Shown here in pieces: positions 28,252 through 36,163 of a DNA stretch of 64,000 nt; within the stretch, counting starts at the first letter, position 1; each line of letters opens with the position of its first letter. Source of the DNA: an uncultured Candidatus Rokubacteria bacterium (GTDB lineage Bacteria; Methylomirabilota; Methylomirabilia; Rokubacteriales; DASRDR01); contig CAVPSB010000012.1 of NCBI GenBank assembly GCA_963708025.1, positions 384,001 to 448,000 of the forward strand, written 5' to 3'. The translations under genes and the position numbers were made by a program. The notes beneath the pieces were generated by a model, which ran no database searches, was not told the origin of the DNA, and saw only the letters and a list, made by a program, of their open reading frames with translations.

Positions 28252-29334
28252 TCAGTCGACCCAATCGGCGACGAACACGTTGAACTCGCGCGGCGCGGCG
28301 GCGCCGCGGCTCGAGCAGAAGACGAGCCGGGACCCGTCGCGGGAGAACATCGGGAAGGCGGCGAACGACTCCGCGTAGGTGAGGCGCTCGAGGCCACCGC
28401 CGTCGCGGCGCACCAGGTAGAGGGCGAAGTCGAAGCGCCCCGGGTCGTGCAGGTTGGAGGCGAAGACGATCCGCTCGCCGTCGGGGTGGAGGAAGGGCGC
28501 CCAGTTGGCGGCGCCGTTGGCGGTGACCTGCCGGGTCCCGGTGCCGTCGGCGTCCATGACGAACAGCTCGGCGCGGTGCGGCCGCACGAGGCCCTGGGCC
28601 AGGAGGGCCCGGTACTCGGCCAGCCCCGCCGCGTCGGGCGGGTGCCAGGCGCGCCAGACGATCTGCCGGCCGTCCCACGAGAAGAAGGGTCCGCCGTCGT
28701 AACCGGGCCGGTCGGTCAGGCGTCGGATCCCGCCCCCGTCGGCATCCCAGAGGTAGAGGTCGAGGTCCCCGTCGCGAAGCGAGGTGAACAGGACCCGCCG
28801 CCCGTCGGCAGCGACCGAGCCCTCCGCGTCGTAGCCGGGGTGGGCCACGAGCCGCGTGGTGCCGCTCCCGTCGGAGGCGCAGGTGTAGAGGTCGTAGTCG
28901 TAGAGCGGCCAGACGTAGCCGCGCGAGCGATCGGGCGCGGGCGGGCAGTCCGGGCCCGCGTGGTGGGTGGAGGCGTACAGGAGCCGGCTCCCGTCGGGAA
29001 AGAACCAGGCGCAGGTGGTGCGGCCCCGACCGGTCGAGACCAGGCGCACCTGACTGCCGTCGGCGTCCATCGTGAAGATCTGGTCGCAGCCGAACGGCGG
29101 ACGCGTGGACTGGAAGACCAGGCGCCGGCCCGTCCCGTCGAAGTAGGCCTCGGCGTTCTGGCCGCCGAAGGTGAGCTGGCGGAGGCTGCCCAGGTGCCGC
29201 TCCCGCGGGTCCCGCGGCGGCGCCGGGCCGGCGGCCCGCGCCCGCCGGGCGCCCAGGTGCTCGCGGAGCGCGGCGGCCGCTCCGGCGAGGCCGAGCCGCA
29301 ACAGCGCGCGCCGATCGAGCGCCCGGTCCAGCAC
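28252..29334 (-). CDS. TolB-like PD40-repeat beta-propeller, Tat-type signal
   Basis: DRRALLRLG twin-arginine; QLTFGGQNAEAYF, GRTTC, GYDAE, FTSLRDGDLDLY, GYDGGPFFS, ANWAPF. Confidence 0.85.
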   Translation of the reverse strand: MLDRALDRRALLRLGLAGAAAALREHLGARRARAAGPAPPRDPRERHLGSLRQLTFGGQNAEAYFDGTGRRLVFQSTRPPFGCDQIFTMDADGSQVRLVSTGRGRTTCAWFFPDGSRLLYASTHHAGPDCPPAPDRSRGYVWPLYDYDLYTCASDGSGTTRLVAHPGYDAEGSVAADGRRVLFTSLRDGDLDLYLWDADGGGIRRLTDRPGYDGGPFFSWDGRQIVWRAWHPPDAAGLAEYRALLAQGLVRPHRAELFVMDADGTGTRQVTANGAANWAPFLHPDGERIVFASNLHDPGRFDFALYLVRRDGGGLERLTYAESFAAFPMFSRDGSRLVFCSSRGAAAPREFNVFVADWVD

Positions 29335-29387
29335 TACGAGCCCGTAGGAGTCTGGCGTGTTACAGGCCTTGCGACATGAGCCATGAA

Positions 29388-29460
29388 GAGCCTCCGAGCG
29401 GCGGCTTTGCCGCCGCCACGACAGGGGGGCATCGGGGGGGTCTTCCGAGACCCCCCCGAA
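29388..29460. repeat. Palindromic element, family B
   Basis: GCGGCGGC-TTT-GCCGCCGC hairpin plus TCGGGGGGGTCT..AGACCCCCCCGA hairpin; the second part recurs at ~44623-44650. Confidence 0.7.
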
Positions 29461-29465
29461 GGATA

Positions 29466-29975
29466 CTATCGGGCGTCGGGCAGTCCGACCGCCTTCCGGA
29501 TCTTGGCGAGCTGACCGGCGTGGTTGTTCCAGTGGAAGTCGAACATCCCGCCGACGAACATGGCCAGGGAGATCTCGTCAGTCCCCATGAACTGCTTGAA
29601 CAGCGGGATCCGGAGCTTCCGGCGCGCGAGGTCCTCCTCCGGCAAGCTGTCGAGGTACTGGTAAACGCCACGACGCTGGGCGTCCAGGGAATCAGAGTAC
29701 TGCTTCAGCGTCATCGCGCGTCGCTCCGGCGTCATGTGGACCTCGCCGGGCTTGAACTCCACGACCGCGTAGTCGCGCTCCGAGAACGTCTTGAGGAGAT
29801 CGACCGGGTTCGAGCCCGGCTGGAAGAGCAGGTGCGACAGCACCTCCCGGGCGGTCCATTCGCCGGGGGCATCGGACCTCTCCAGGTGCGGCTCCATGCC
29901 CTGGAGCTGTCGCGTGAGGTTCCCCCAGGCGGCGTCCGTCTTGCCTCGCAGCTCGTTGACGGTCTTGTTCGGCAT
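29466..29975 (-). CDS. DinB family protein
   Basis: APGEWTAREVLSHL and C-terminal HWNNHAGQL (His triad). Confidence 0.75.
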   Translation of the reverse strand: MPNKTVNELRGKTDAAWGNLTRQLQGMEPHLERSDAPGEWTAREVLSHLLFQPGSNPVDLLKTFSERDYAVVEFKPGEVHMTPERRAMTLKQYSDSLDAQRRGVYQYLDSLPEEDLARRKLRIPLFKQFMGTDEISLAMFVGGMFDFHWNNHAGQLAKIRKAVGLPDAR

Positions 29976-29978
29976 CGG

Positions 29979-31881
29979 TCACCTCCGTTGCTCCAGGGTT
30001 GCTTGCATGGTCCGCTCGACGCCGCCGCGGACGACCGTCACCTCGACGATGTCGCCGGCGCGGCGGGTCCTCAGCACAAACGTGAAATCGTCCAGGGTGC
30101 GGATGCTCACGCCGGCGAAGCGGACGATGACGTCGCCCGCCTGGAGCCCGGCGCGCTCGGCGGGGCTACCCGGCCGCACCCCGCTCACCCGGACGCCGGG
30201 CGTCGGGCTCTCGCCGAAGTCCGGGACCGACCCGAAGTAGGGGCCGTACCCGCCGGCGCCGCGCCCGGAGGGTGGCGCCGCCGGCGCCACCCGGACGAAG
30301 GTCACGCGGTCGGGGCGGTCGGCCAGCGCCTGCACCGCGCGGTAGGCGACCGCGACAACCTTCCGCATGCCCTCGGCGTTGATCTTGTCGGCGGTGTCGC
30401 TCGGCCGGTGGTAGTCCCCGTGGGTCCCGGTGAAGAAGAACGCGACCGGCCGATCCCGGTTCACGAACGCCGTATGATCCGACGGCCCGACGCCGTCGCC
30501 GCGCAACACGAGCTTCACGGAGAGCCCCGCCGCCGCCTGCTCGACCAGCGCCCGGAGCCCTTGCCCGGTGTCCACCCCCATCACGTAGAGCTGGTCGTCG
30601 CGCATCCGTCCCACCATGTCGAAGTTGACCATCGCCACCGTCCGCTCGATCGGCACCGGCGGCTGGCGGACGTAGTGGGTCGAGCCGAGCAGGCCCAGCT
30701 CTTCGCCGGAGAAGGCGGCGAAGACCAGGCTCCGTCGGGCGCCGCCGGCCCTGGTGAACGCCTCCGCCAGCCCGAGGACGGCGGCCGTCCCCGACGCGTT
30801 GTCGTCGGCGCCCGGGTGGACATCATCGGTCTCGGCGGCGGCGAGCGAGAAGGGACTGCCGCGGCCGAGGTGGTCGTAGTGGGCGCCGACCACGACGACC
30901 TCGTCGCGCAGCCCGGGGTCGGTGCCCGGCAGCAGGCCGACGACGTTCGCCGTCCGTCCGTGCTCGCGGACGAGCGCGATCCGCAGGTGGGCCGTGACCC
31001 CGGGAAGCGGTCGCGACTGCGGTGCCAGGCGGCGGTCGATCTCGGCCCGGAGGGCCGGGAGGCCGAGACCGGCCGGGGCGAGGAGCGCGTCCGCCACGGC
31101 GCGGGTGGCGCTCACCGCGAAGATGCCCCAGGCCGGCGTGGTGCCCCGGATGGGGCGCGGCGCGTCCTGGGCGCGAGCGGGGGTCTCGACGACGACGATG
31201 GCGGCCGCCCCGTGCTCGCGGGCGTTCAGGATCTTGTGCCGAAGCTCGGTGTAGTGGAAGTGCTCGGGCGGCCGGAAGGGCCCCTGCGGGTTCTGCTCCT
31301 GCGGCTCGCCGGTCATGACCAGGACGACCTTGCCCCGGGCGTCGAGCCCCGCGTAGTCGTCGTAGCCGAGCGGGGGCGCCGTGATGCCGTAGCCGGCGAA
31401 GACCACCTCGCCCGACGCCTCCCCGTCGTCCGAGAAGGTGAACGGAAGGAAGTCCGCGCCGGCGTTGAACGGCCGCCCGGCCGCCCCGGCGGCCGAGACC
31501 TCCAGGCGGTTGTCGGCGCCGAGGCGCACGCGGGTCAGGACGGTGAAGGGCTGGAGGTACGTCCCCCCACCCTCGCCCAGCGGACGGAGCCCGATCCGGC
31601 GAAAGTGATCCGCGAGGTACTGGGCCGTCCGATCCGCGCCCGGTGTCCCGGTGGCACGGCCGTCCATGGCGGGCGCCGCCAGATCGCGCACCCAGCCCAG
31701 GAGGCGCGTGGCGTCCGGTAGGGGATCGCCGGCTCCGAGGGCGGCACCGGCGAGGATCAGGAGGCCGGCGACCGTCAGGAGCCGGAGTCGGGTTGCGGTT
31801 ATTCGGGACCTCCCGCCCGCCCGATCCATCGACGGCCTTCGGCCTTTGGCCGGGGGGAGGGGGGAGCGGGAGGACGGCATC
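29979..31881 (-). CDS. M28-family peptidase with PA and PDZ domains, exported (start uncertain; overlaps a repeat)
   Basis: GRATGTPG, VFAGYGI..YDDY (PA), VVGAHYDHLG, GADDNASG, FSGEELGLLGS, NFDMVGR, SDH, YHRPSD, PGSPAERAGLQAGDVI (PDZ). Confidence 0.92.
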
Positions 31882-31896
31882 GTGTCACACGCTCTC
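31800..31896 (-). repeat. Family A element (reverse) over the 5' end of the M28 gene
   Basis: Minus strand GAGAGCGTGTGAC...CTCCCCCCTCCCCCCGGCCAAAGGCCGAAGGCCGTCG...GCGGGCGGGAGGTCCCGAATA. Confidence 0.8.
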
Positions 31897-31914
31897 GACT
31901 TCCTCATGGGGCTC

Positions 31915-32026
31915 CGCTAGTGCCGTTCCAACTTGTTCCAGCTAGTGCTTTTCGGGGAATGCGCCAAGTCCGTGCTTCGAGGATTGCTTGCCCATTTTGG
32001 CTCATGGAGTTGGAACGGCACTAGCG
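31915..32026. mobile_element. MITE / internally deleted IS remnant with perfect 19-bp inverted repeats
   Basis: CGCTAGTGCCGTTCCAACT (31915-31933) ... AGTTGGAACGGCACTAGCG (32008-32026); lower-GC interior; CTAG at both ends. Confidence 0.75.
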
Positions 32027-32719
32027 CGGCAGGTGGACGGTGCGGAAGCCCTCCGCGTAGGTGTAGCCGTGGGGCTTCCCGACATCGGCGGCGCGCTCGC
32101 GGACCCGTGCCTCCACGCCGGCGAAATCCTTGAGCTGGCTCTGGTGGCAGCGGAGGGCGGCCAGCTTCTGCTCCATGGTCCCCGTGATGTCCACGAACAG
32201 GTCGGGCTCCTCGTGGCCCATCAGGTAAACCTCGCGCACCTTGTGCGGCTGCCAGCCCTCGGCCAGGAGCTCCGCGAAGTGGAGCCGGTCCCGGGCATAG
32301 GGATAGACGGCGTCGAGCGCCAGGCGCCCGGCGTGGCGGTGGTCCCGATGGCCGGAGTACGGGTTCAGGCTCGGGAAGGGGCTCTGGGCGACGACCCGCT
32401 CCGGGCGGAACCGCCGGATCGCCCGGACCACGTCGCGGCGCGCCTCGCGCGTGTCCTCCAGCTCCCCGTCGGGGTACCCGAGAAAGATGGTGTCCCTGAC
32501 CCCGAGCGCGCGGGCGGCCGCCCGTTGCTCGTCCTCCCGGATCGCGGCCAGGCGCTCCGGTGTCATGGCCGGATCGTCGGAGCCCCGGTTGCCGTTCGTG
32601 AGGATGCAGTAGAAGACGTCGCGACCCTCGCCCACCCACCGCGCGGTGCTGCCCGCGCAGCCGAATTCGGCGTCGTCGGGATGGGCGACGATCACGAGGA
32701 TCCGGCGCACCTCGGTCAC
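32021..32719 (-). CDS. PIG-L/LmbE-family deacetylase
   Basis: ILVIVAHPDDAEFG, R..EQRAAA..LGV, FLGYPDG, GHRDH, AL.CHQSQ; SD GGGAGG. Confidence 0.92.
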   Translation of the reverse strand: MTEVRRILVIVAHPDDAEFGCAGSTARWVGEGRDVFYCILTNGNRGSDDPAMTPERLAAIREDEQRAAARALGVRDTIFLGYPDGELEDTREARRDVVRAIRRFRPERVVAQSPFPSLNPYSGHRDHRHAGRLALDAVYPYARDRLHFAELLAEGWQPHKVREVYLMGHEEPDLFVDITGTMEQKLAALRCHQSQLKDFAGVEARVRERAADVGKPHGYTYAEGFRTVHLPR

Positions 32720-32898
32720 TGGGGCCTCCCTTGCTGGACGTTGGAACCCGCGTCGCGTCGGCTTCACTCTATCACGCGCTCCGACGGAGACGGGTTCGCC
32801 CCGGGTGGTCGCTTGGACACTCCGGGAGGGAGTGCGTCAGCGTGGCCCGAACACCCCGACGCGAGTGCCCGTCCGAATCGACGAGGGAGGAGCCGGCC

Positions 32899-33174
32899 AT
32901 GTGGAACGTCGCGATCTGCCTGGCCGTGCTGGTGTTCGTGGCGGGGTGCGGATCATCCCACCGCCGGTCCAGTCCTCAGTCCCAATCGTCACAGGAGCAG
33001 CGGCAGGGGACCGGCGGGAGCTGGACCCCGGGTGGGGCGACGTCGCTCACGGCCGAAGTGCCGTGCCCACAAACCGCAGCCGACTGCGCGCGCCAGCTGG
33101 AGGCGCAGGCCCGGGCGGCCGGGGTGCGCGTCACCGTGCGGGAGACCCGGCCAAAGAACCGAGGCTTCTCCTGA
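32899..33174 (+). CDS. Small putative lipoprotein
   Basis: SD GGAGGAG; MWNVAICLAVLVFVAG-C lipobox; low-complexity linker and CPQTAADC. Confidence 0.6.
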   Translation: MWNVAICLAVLVFVAGCGSSHRRSSPQSQSSQEQRQGTGGSWTPGGATSLTAEVPCPQTAADCARQLEAQARAAGVRVTVRETRPKNRGFS

Positions 33175-33299
33175 GTGGGCGACGTGCAGAGATAGCCAGC
33201 GTTCACGCCAGGTTACCCAGCATCACCCATCGCGATCGGGCGCCCCCCTGACGCTCCTCCGAGGCGGCAGCTTGCCCGCGGTGCTCCCACCCGAGATGC

Positions 33300-33328
33300 T
33301 GGACAAACGAGAAACGTCGGTTTATCAT
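33300..33328 (+). promoter_or_regulatory. Sigma70-type promoter for the IclR gene
   Basis: TGGACA-17nt-TATCAT. Confidence 0.55.
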
Positions 33329-33369
33329 TCTGCTCGACGCCTGTTTGGGAGTTGGGGAGCCCAACCATC

Positions 33370-34158
33370 ATGAAGAAGGCAAAGTCGGACTACCTGATCC
33401 AGTCGGTCAGCCGGGCGCTGGACATCCTCGAGGCGTTCGCGATCGGGCAGGAAGAGCTGGGCGTGACCGAGCTCTCGCGGAAGCTCAAGCTGCACAAGAA
33501 CAACGTCTTCCGTCTTCTGGCCACGCTCGAGACGCGCGGGTACGTCGAGCAGGACAAGGAGACGGGGAACTACCGGCTCGGCATGAAGACCTTCGAGGTC
33601 GCGAGCGTGTTCCTCCATCACCTCGGGGTCGCCACGCAGGCCCGACCCGTCCTCGAGCAGCTGGCCGCCGAGACGGGTGAGACCGCGTACCTCGCCGTCC
33701 TCGACGGCCCGTGGGCGGTCTGCGTGGACATGGTCGAGACGGGCCACGCGGTCCGCGTCGTGTCGCAGCTGGGCCGCCGGCTCCCGGCTCACGCGAGCGC
33801 GCTCGGCAAGGCGCAGCTCGCGTTTCGGCCCCAGGAGGAGCTGGAGCAGCTCTGGAAGCAGCACGAGCTGGCGGCGGTCACCGGTCGCAGCATCACCGAT
33901 GCGGGCCGGCTCGGCGAGACGCTGGCGCAGGTCGCCGCCCAGGAGCTGGCCGTCGAGGACGAGGAGTTCGCCCCGGGGGTGCGCGGCGTGGCGGCGCCGG
34001 TGCGGGACTACCAGAAGCGGGTCGTCGCGGCCGTCGGCGTGACGGGTCCCGTCCTGCGCCTGACGCTCGAACGGCTCCAGGGCGAGCTGGCTCCGCGCGT
34101 GAAGGGCGCGGCGCAGAGCCTGTCGAGACGCCTCGGCTATGCCGTCATTCCAGGGTGA
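33370..34158 (+). CDS. IclR family transcriptional regulator
   Basis: IQSVSRALDILE, GVTELS..L.LHK..VFRLL.TL, ETGET, G.RLPAHASALGKA, GVAAPV. Confidence 0.95.
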   Translation: MKKAKSDYLIQSVSRALDILEAFAIGQEELGVTELSRKLKLHKNNVFRLLATLETRGYVEQDKETGNYRLGMKTFEVASVFLHHLGVATQARPVLEQLAAETGETAYLAVLDGPWAVCVDMVETGHAVRVVSQLGRRLPAHASALGKAQLAFRPQEELEQLWKQHELAAVTGRSITDAGRLGETLAQVAAQELAVEDEEFAPGVRGVAAPVRDYQKRVVAAVGVTGPVLRLTLERLQGELAPRVKGAAQSLSRRLGYAVIPG

Positions 34159-34183
34159 CCCCGGCCCCGACTGATCCCCCTTC

Positions 34184-34444
34184 GTGACGCGCCCCGATTC
34201 GGCGACGGGGGCTCTCCGCCAGCGGTTTCGCCGCCATCGCCACCGAGCCCTCGGCGCCTCGGCTCTGCTCCTGACGCCGCTCGGCTTCGTCGGCTGGCTC
34301 CTCGGCGCACCCCAGGGGCTCGCCGGCATCCGGCTCGCCGAGGTGAGTCTCGCCTGGTGGGCGGTGGCCGCCGCCTGGCTGCTCGGGCTGGCCGCCCTCG
34401 TTCTCCGCCCCCGGGCGGGCCGCCCCGGCGGCGAGCCCCGGTAG
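34184..34444 (+). CDS. Small two-TM membrane protein (DUF485/DUF4212-like symporter partner)
   Basis: Two hydrophobic segments; directly precedes an SSS-like gene. Confidence 0.45.
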   Translation: MTRPDSATGALRQRFRRHRHRALGASALLLTPLGFVGWLLGAPQGLAGIRLAEVSLAWWAVAAAWLLGLAALVLRPRAGRPGGEPR

Positions 34445-34453
34445 GCGGCGCGG

Positions 34454-36079
34454 TTGGTGGTCGCGGCGCTCCGGCTTGCCGGGGTCTGGCTGTCGCCCGC
34501 GATTCTCTTCGGGACGGCGCCGCTCCTGCTCGCCGACGGCACCCGCGGGCTGTGGCCGCCGCTCGTGCTGGCGGCCGCCGCCTCGCTCGTCGTCGTGGTG
34601 CTCGCCGCCCCCTGGGCTCGCCTCGGGGCGGACGGACGCCCGACGCTCCTCGATCTCGTGCGACAGCGGGCCCCGATCGCTATCGACGCCGGGCTCCCGC
34701 TGGGCGTGGCCGTGCCGGGCGCTGCGGTCCTGTTCCTGTGGGCTCAGCTCGCCGCCGCCCGCGAGCTGGCGCGCGCGCTCGCCTGGCCGGAAGCGGTGGC
34801 GGTGGGGACCGGGCTGCTGGGGCTTGCGCTGGGTGGCTGGACCGAGCGTGTCGAGCGCCGGCTCGCCGCCGCCGGGGGCGCCTTGGCCGTGGCCGGGCTC
34901 GTCCTGCCCCTCGTCATGGTCGGCGGCGCGACGGATCCGGTGTGGCCCCGCGTCTGGAGCGCGGTCGCCTCGCGGCCGCGCGTGGTCTTCGAGGGGCCCG
35001 GGACGGGGGTGCCGGAAGGTCAGCCCGTGCGCGGCCCGGGCCGCCAGACCGAGCTGCGGATCAGCGAGGAGCAGCGCCTCACGCTGCTCGGACGGGGGCC
35101 GGTCCGTCTCGACCCGCGGGACGGCGGCGGGTGGACCCGCGAGGTCACGGGGCCGCTCGCGCTGACCCTGCGTCCCGGCGATCGCCTCGTCGTCCCCGAC
35201 GGCTTTCCCGTCCGGTTCCAGCCCGGGCGCGCGATTCCCGGGGCGCCGTCCACCGGGGCGGACTGGGTGGATCCGGGCGACGGTGGGGGAAGCCCGCGGC
35301 GACTCGCCGGGCTCGCCGTCACGCTGCTCGTCGGGGCGCTCGGGCTGGCGCCGGTGCACGGCGCATTGCCCGCGGGCCGATTCGCCGACGACCGTGCGGC
35401 CGCCCTGGGCGCCGTCCTCGCCGCCGCCGGCCAGGCGGCCGCCGTCCTGTGGGCGCTCTACGCCGTCTGGCTCACGCCCGAGATCTACGCCGGCGGCGTG
35501 GTCGGGAGCGAGGTGTACGAGCTGCCCGGCCGGATCGCGGGGCGAGTCGGCCTGGCCGGGCCGCTGGGTGCCCTGGTGTGGCTCGGCTTCGTGGGCGGCG
35601 GACTGGCCGCCGGACTCGCCGCGCTCGGCGGCTTGCCCTCGAGCTTCGGTGCCGCCGGCCCCGGCGACTCGCGGCGGGCCCCGGCGATCCGGCTGGCCGT
35701 GCTCGGACTCGCGGGTCTCCTGGCGATCCTCGGGCCCGCCGACGCTTGGCCGGTGGTGCTGGGCGCCTTCGGCCTGGCCGCCTCGGCCTGTGCGCCGGCC
35801 GCGGTCCTCGCCTGCTGGCGCGAGCGGATCGGTCCCGCCGCCCTCGGAGCCGGCGCCGGCGTCGGCCTGGCGGCGTTTCTCGCGCTGACGGCCGTCCACC
35901 TCGTGAGTGGGGCGGGTGGGGCAGTGACGGCGGACCGCTCGTGGCTGGGCTGGCTGGCCGCCTGGCCGGCGCTGGTGGCGGCGCCGCTGAACGCCCTCAC
36001 CGCCTGGCTGCTCTCGTCCGCGCCGCGACCGTCGCCGCGGACGCCGCTGCCGCCGGGGCTTGCCGAGCTGCACGGGTAG
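34454..36079 (+). CDS. Divergent sodium:solute symporter (ActP-like) membrane protein
   Basis: Many TM segments; AGVWLSPA ~ AxDWxSAA, GLAPVH ~ [22 protein letters not shown] ~ AFxxAASxxxPxxxLxxxW; central soluble insert. Confidence 0.55.
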   Translation: MVVAALRLAGVWLSPAILFGTAPLLLADGTRGLWPPLVLAAAASLVVVVLAAPWARLGADGRPTLLDLVRQRAPIAIDAGLPLGVAVPGAAVLFLWAQLAAARELARALAWPEAVAVGTGLLGLALGGWTERVERRLAAAGGALAVAGLVLPLVMVGGATDPVWPRVWSAVASRPRVVFEGPGTGVPEGQPVRGPGRQTELRISEEQRLTLLGRGPVRLDPRDGGGWTREVTGPLALTLRPGDRLVVPDGFPVRFQPGRAIPGAPSTGADWVDPGDGGGSPRRLAGLAVTLLVGALGLAPVHGALPAGRFADDRAAALGAVLAAAGQAAAVLWALYAVWLTPEIYAGGVVGSEVYELPGRIAGRVGLAGPLGALVWLGFVGGGLAAGLAALGGLPSSFGAAGPGDSRRAPAIRLAVLGLAGLLAILGPADAWPVVLGAFGLAASACAPAAVLACWRERIGPAALGAGAGVGLAAFLALTAVHLVSGAGGAVTADRSWLGWLAAWPALVAAPLNALTAWLLSSAPRPSPRTPLPPGLAELHG

Positions 36080-36163
36080 CGCAGTCCTCCGACTTGCCCC
36101 GCGAAGATACTTCGGGCAGGATAGCGACGGTTCCGACTTCGTCGAGTCGGAACCGGGAGTGAC

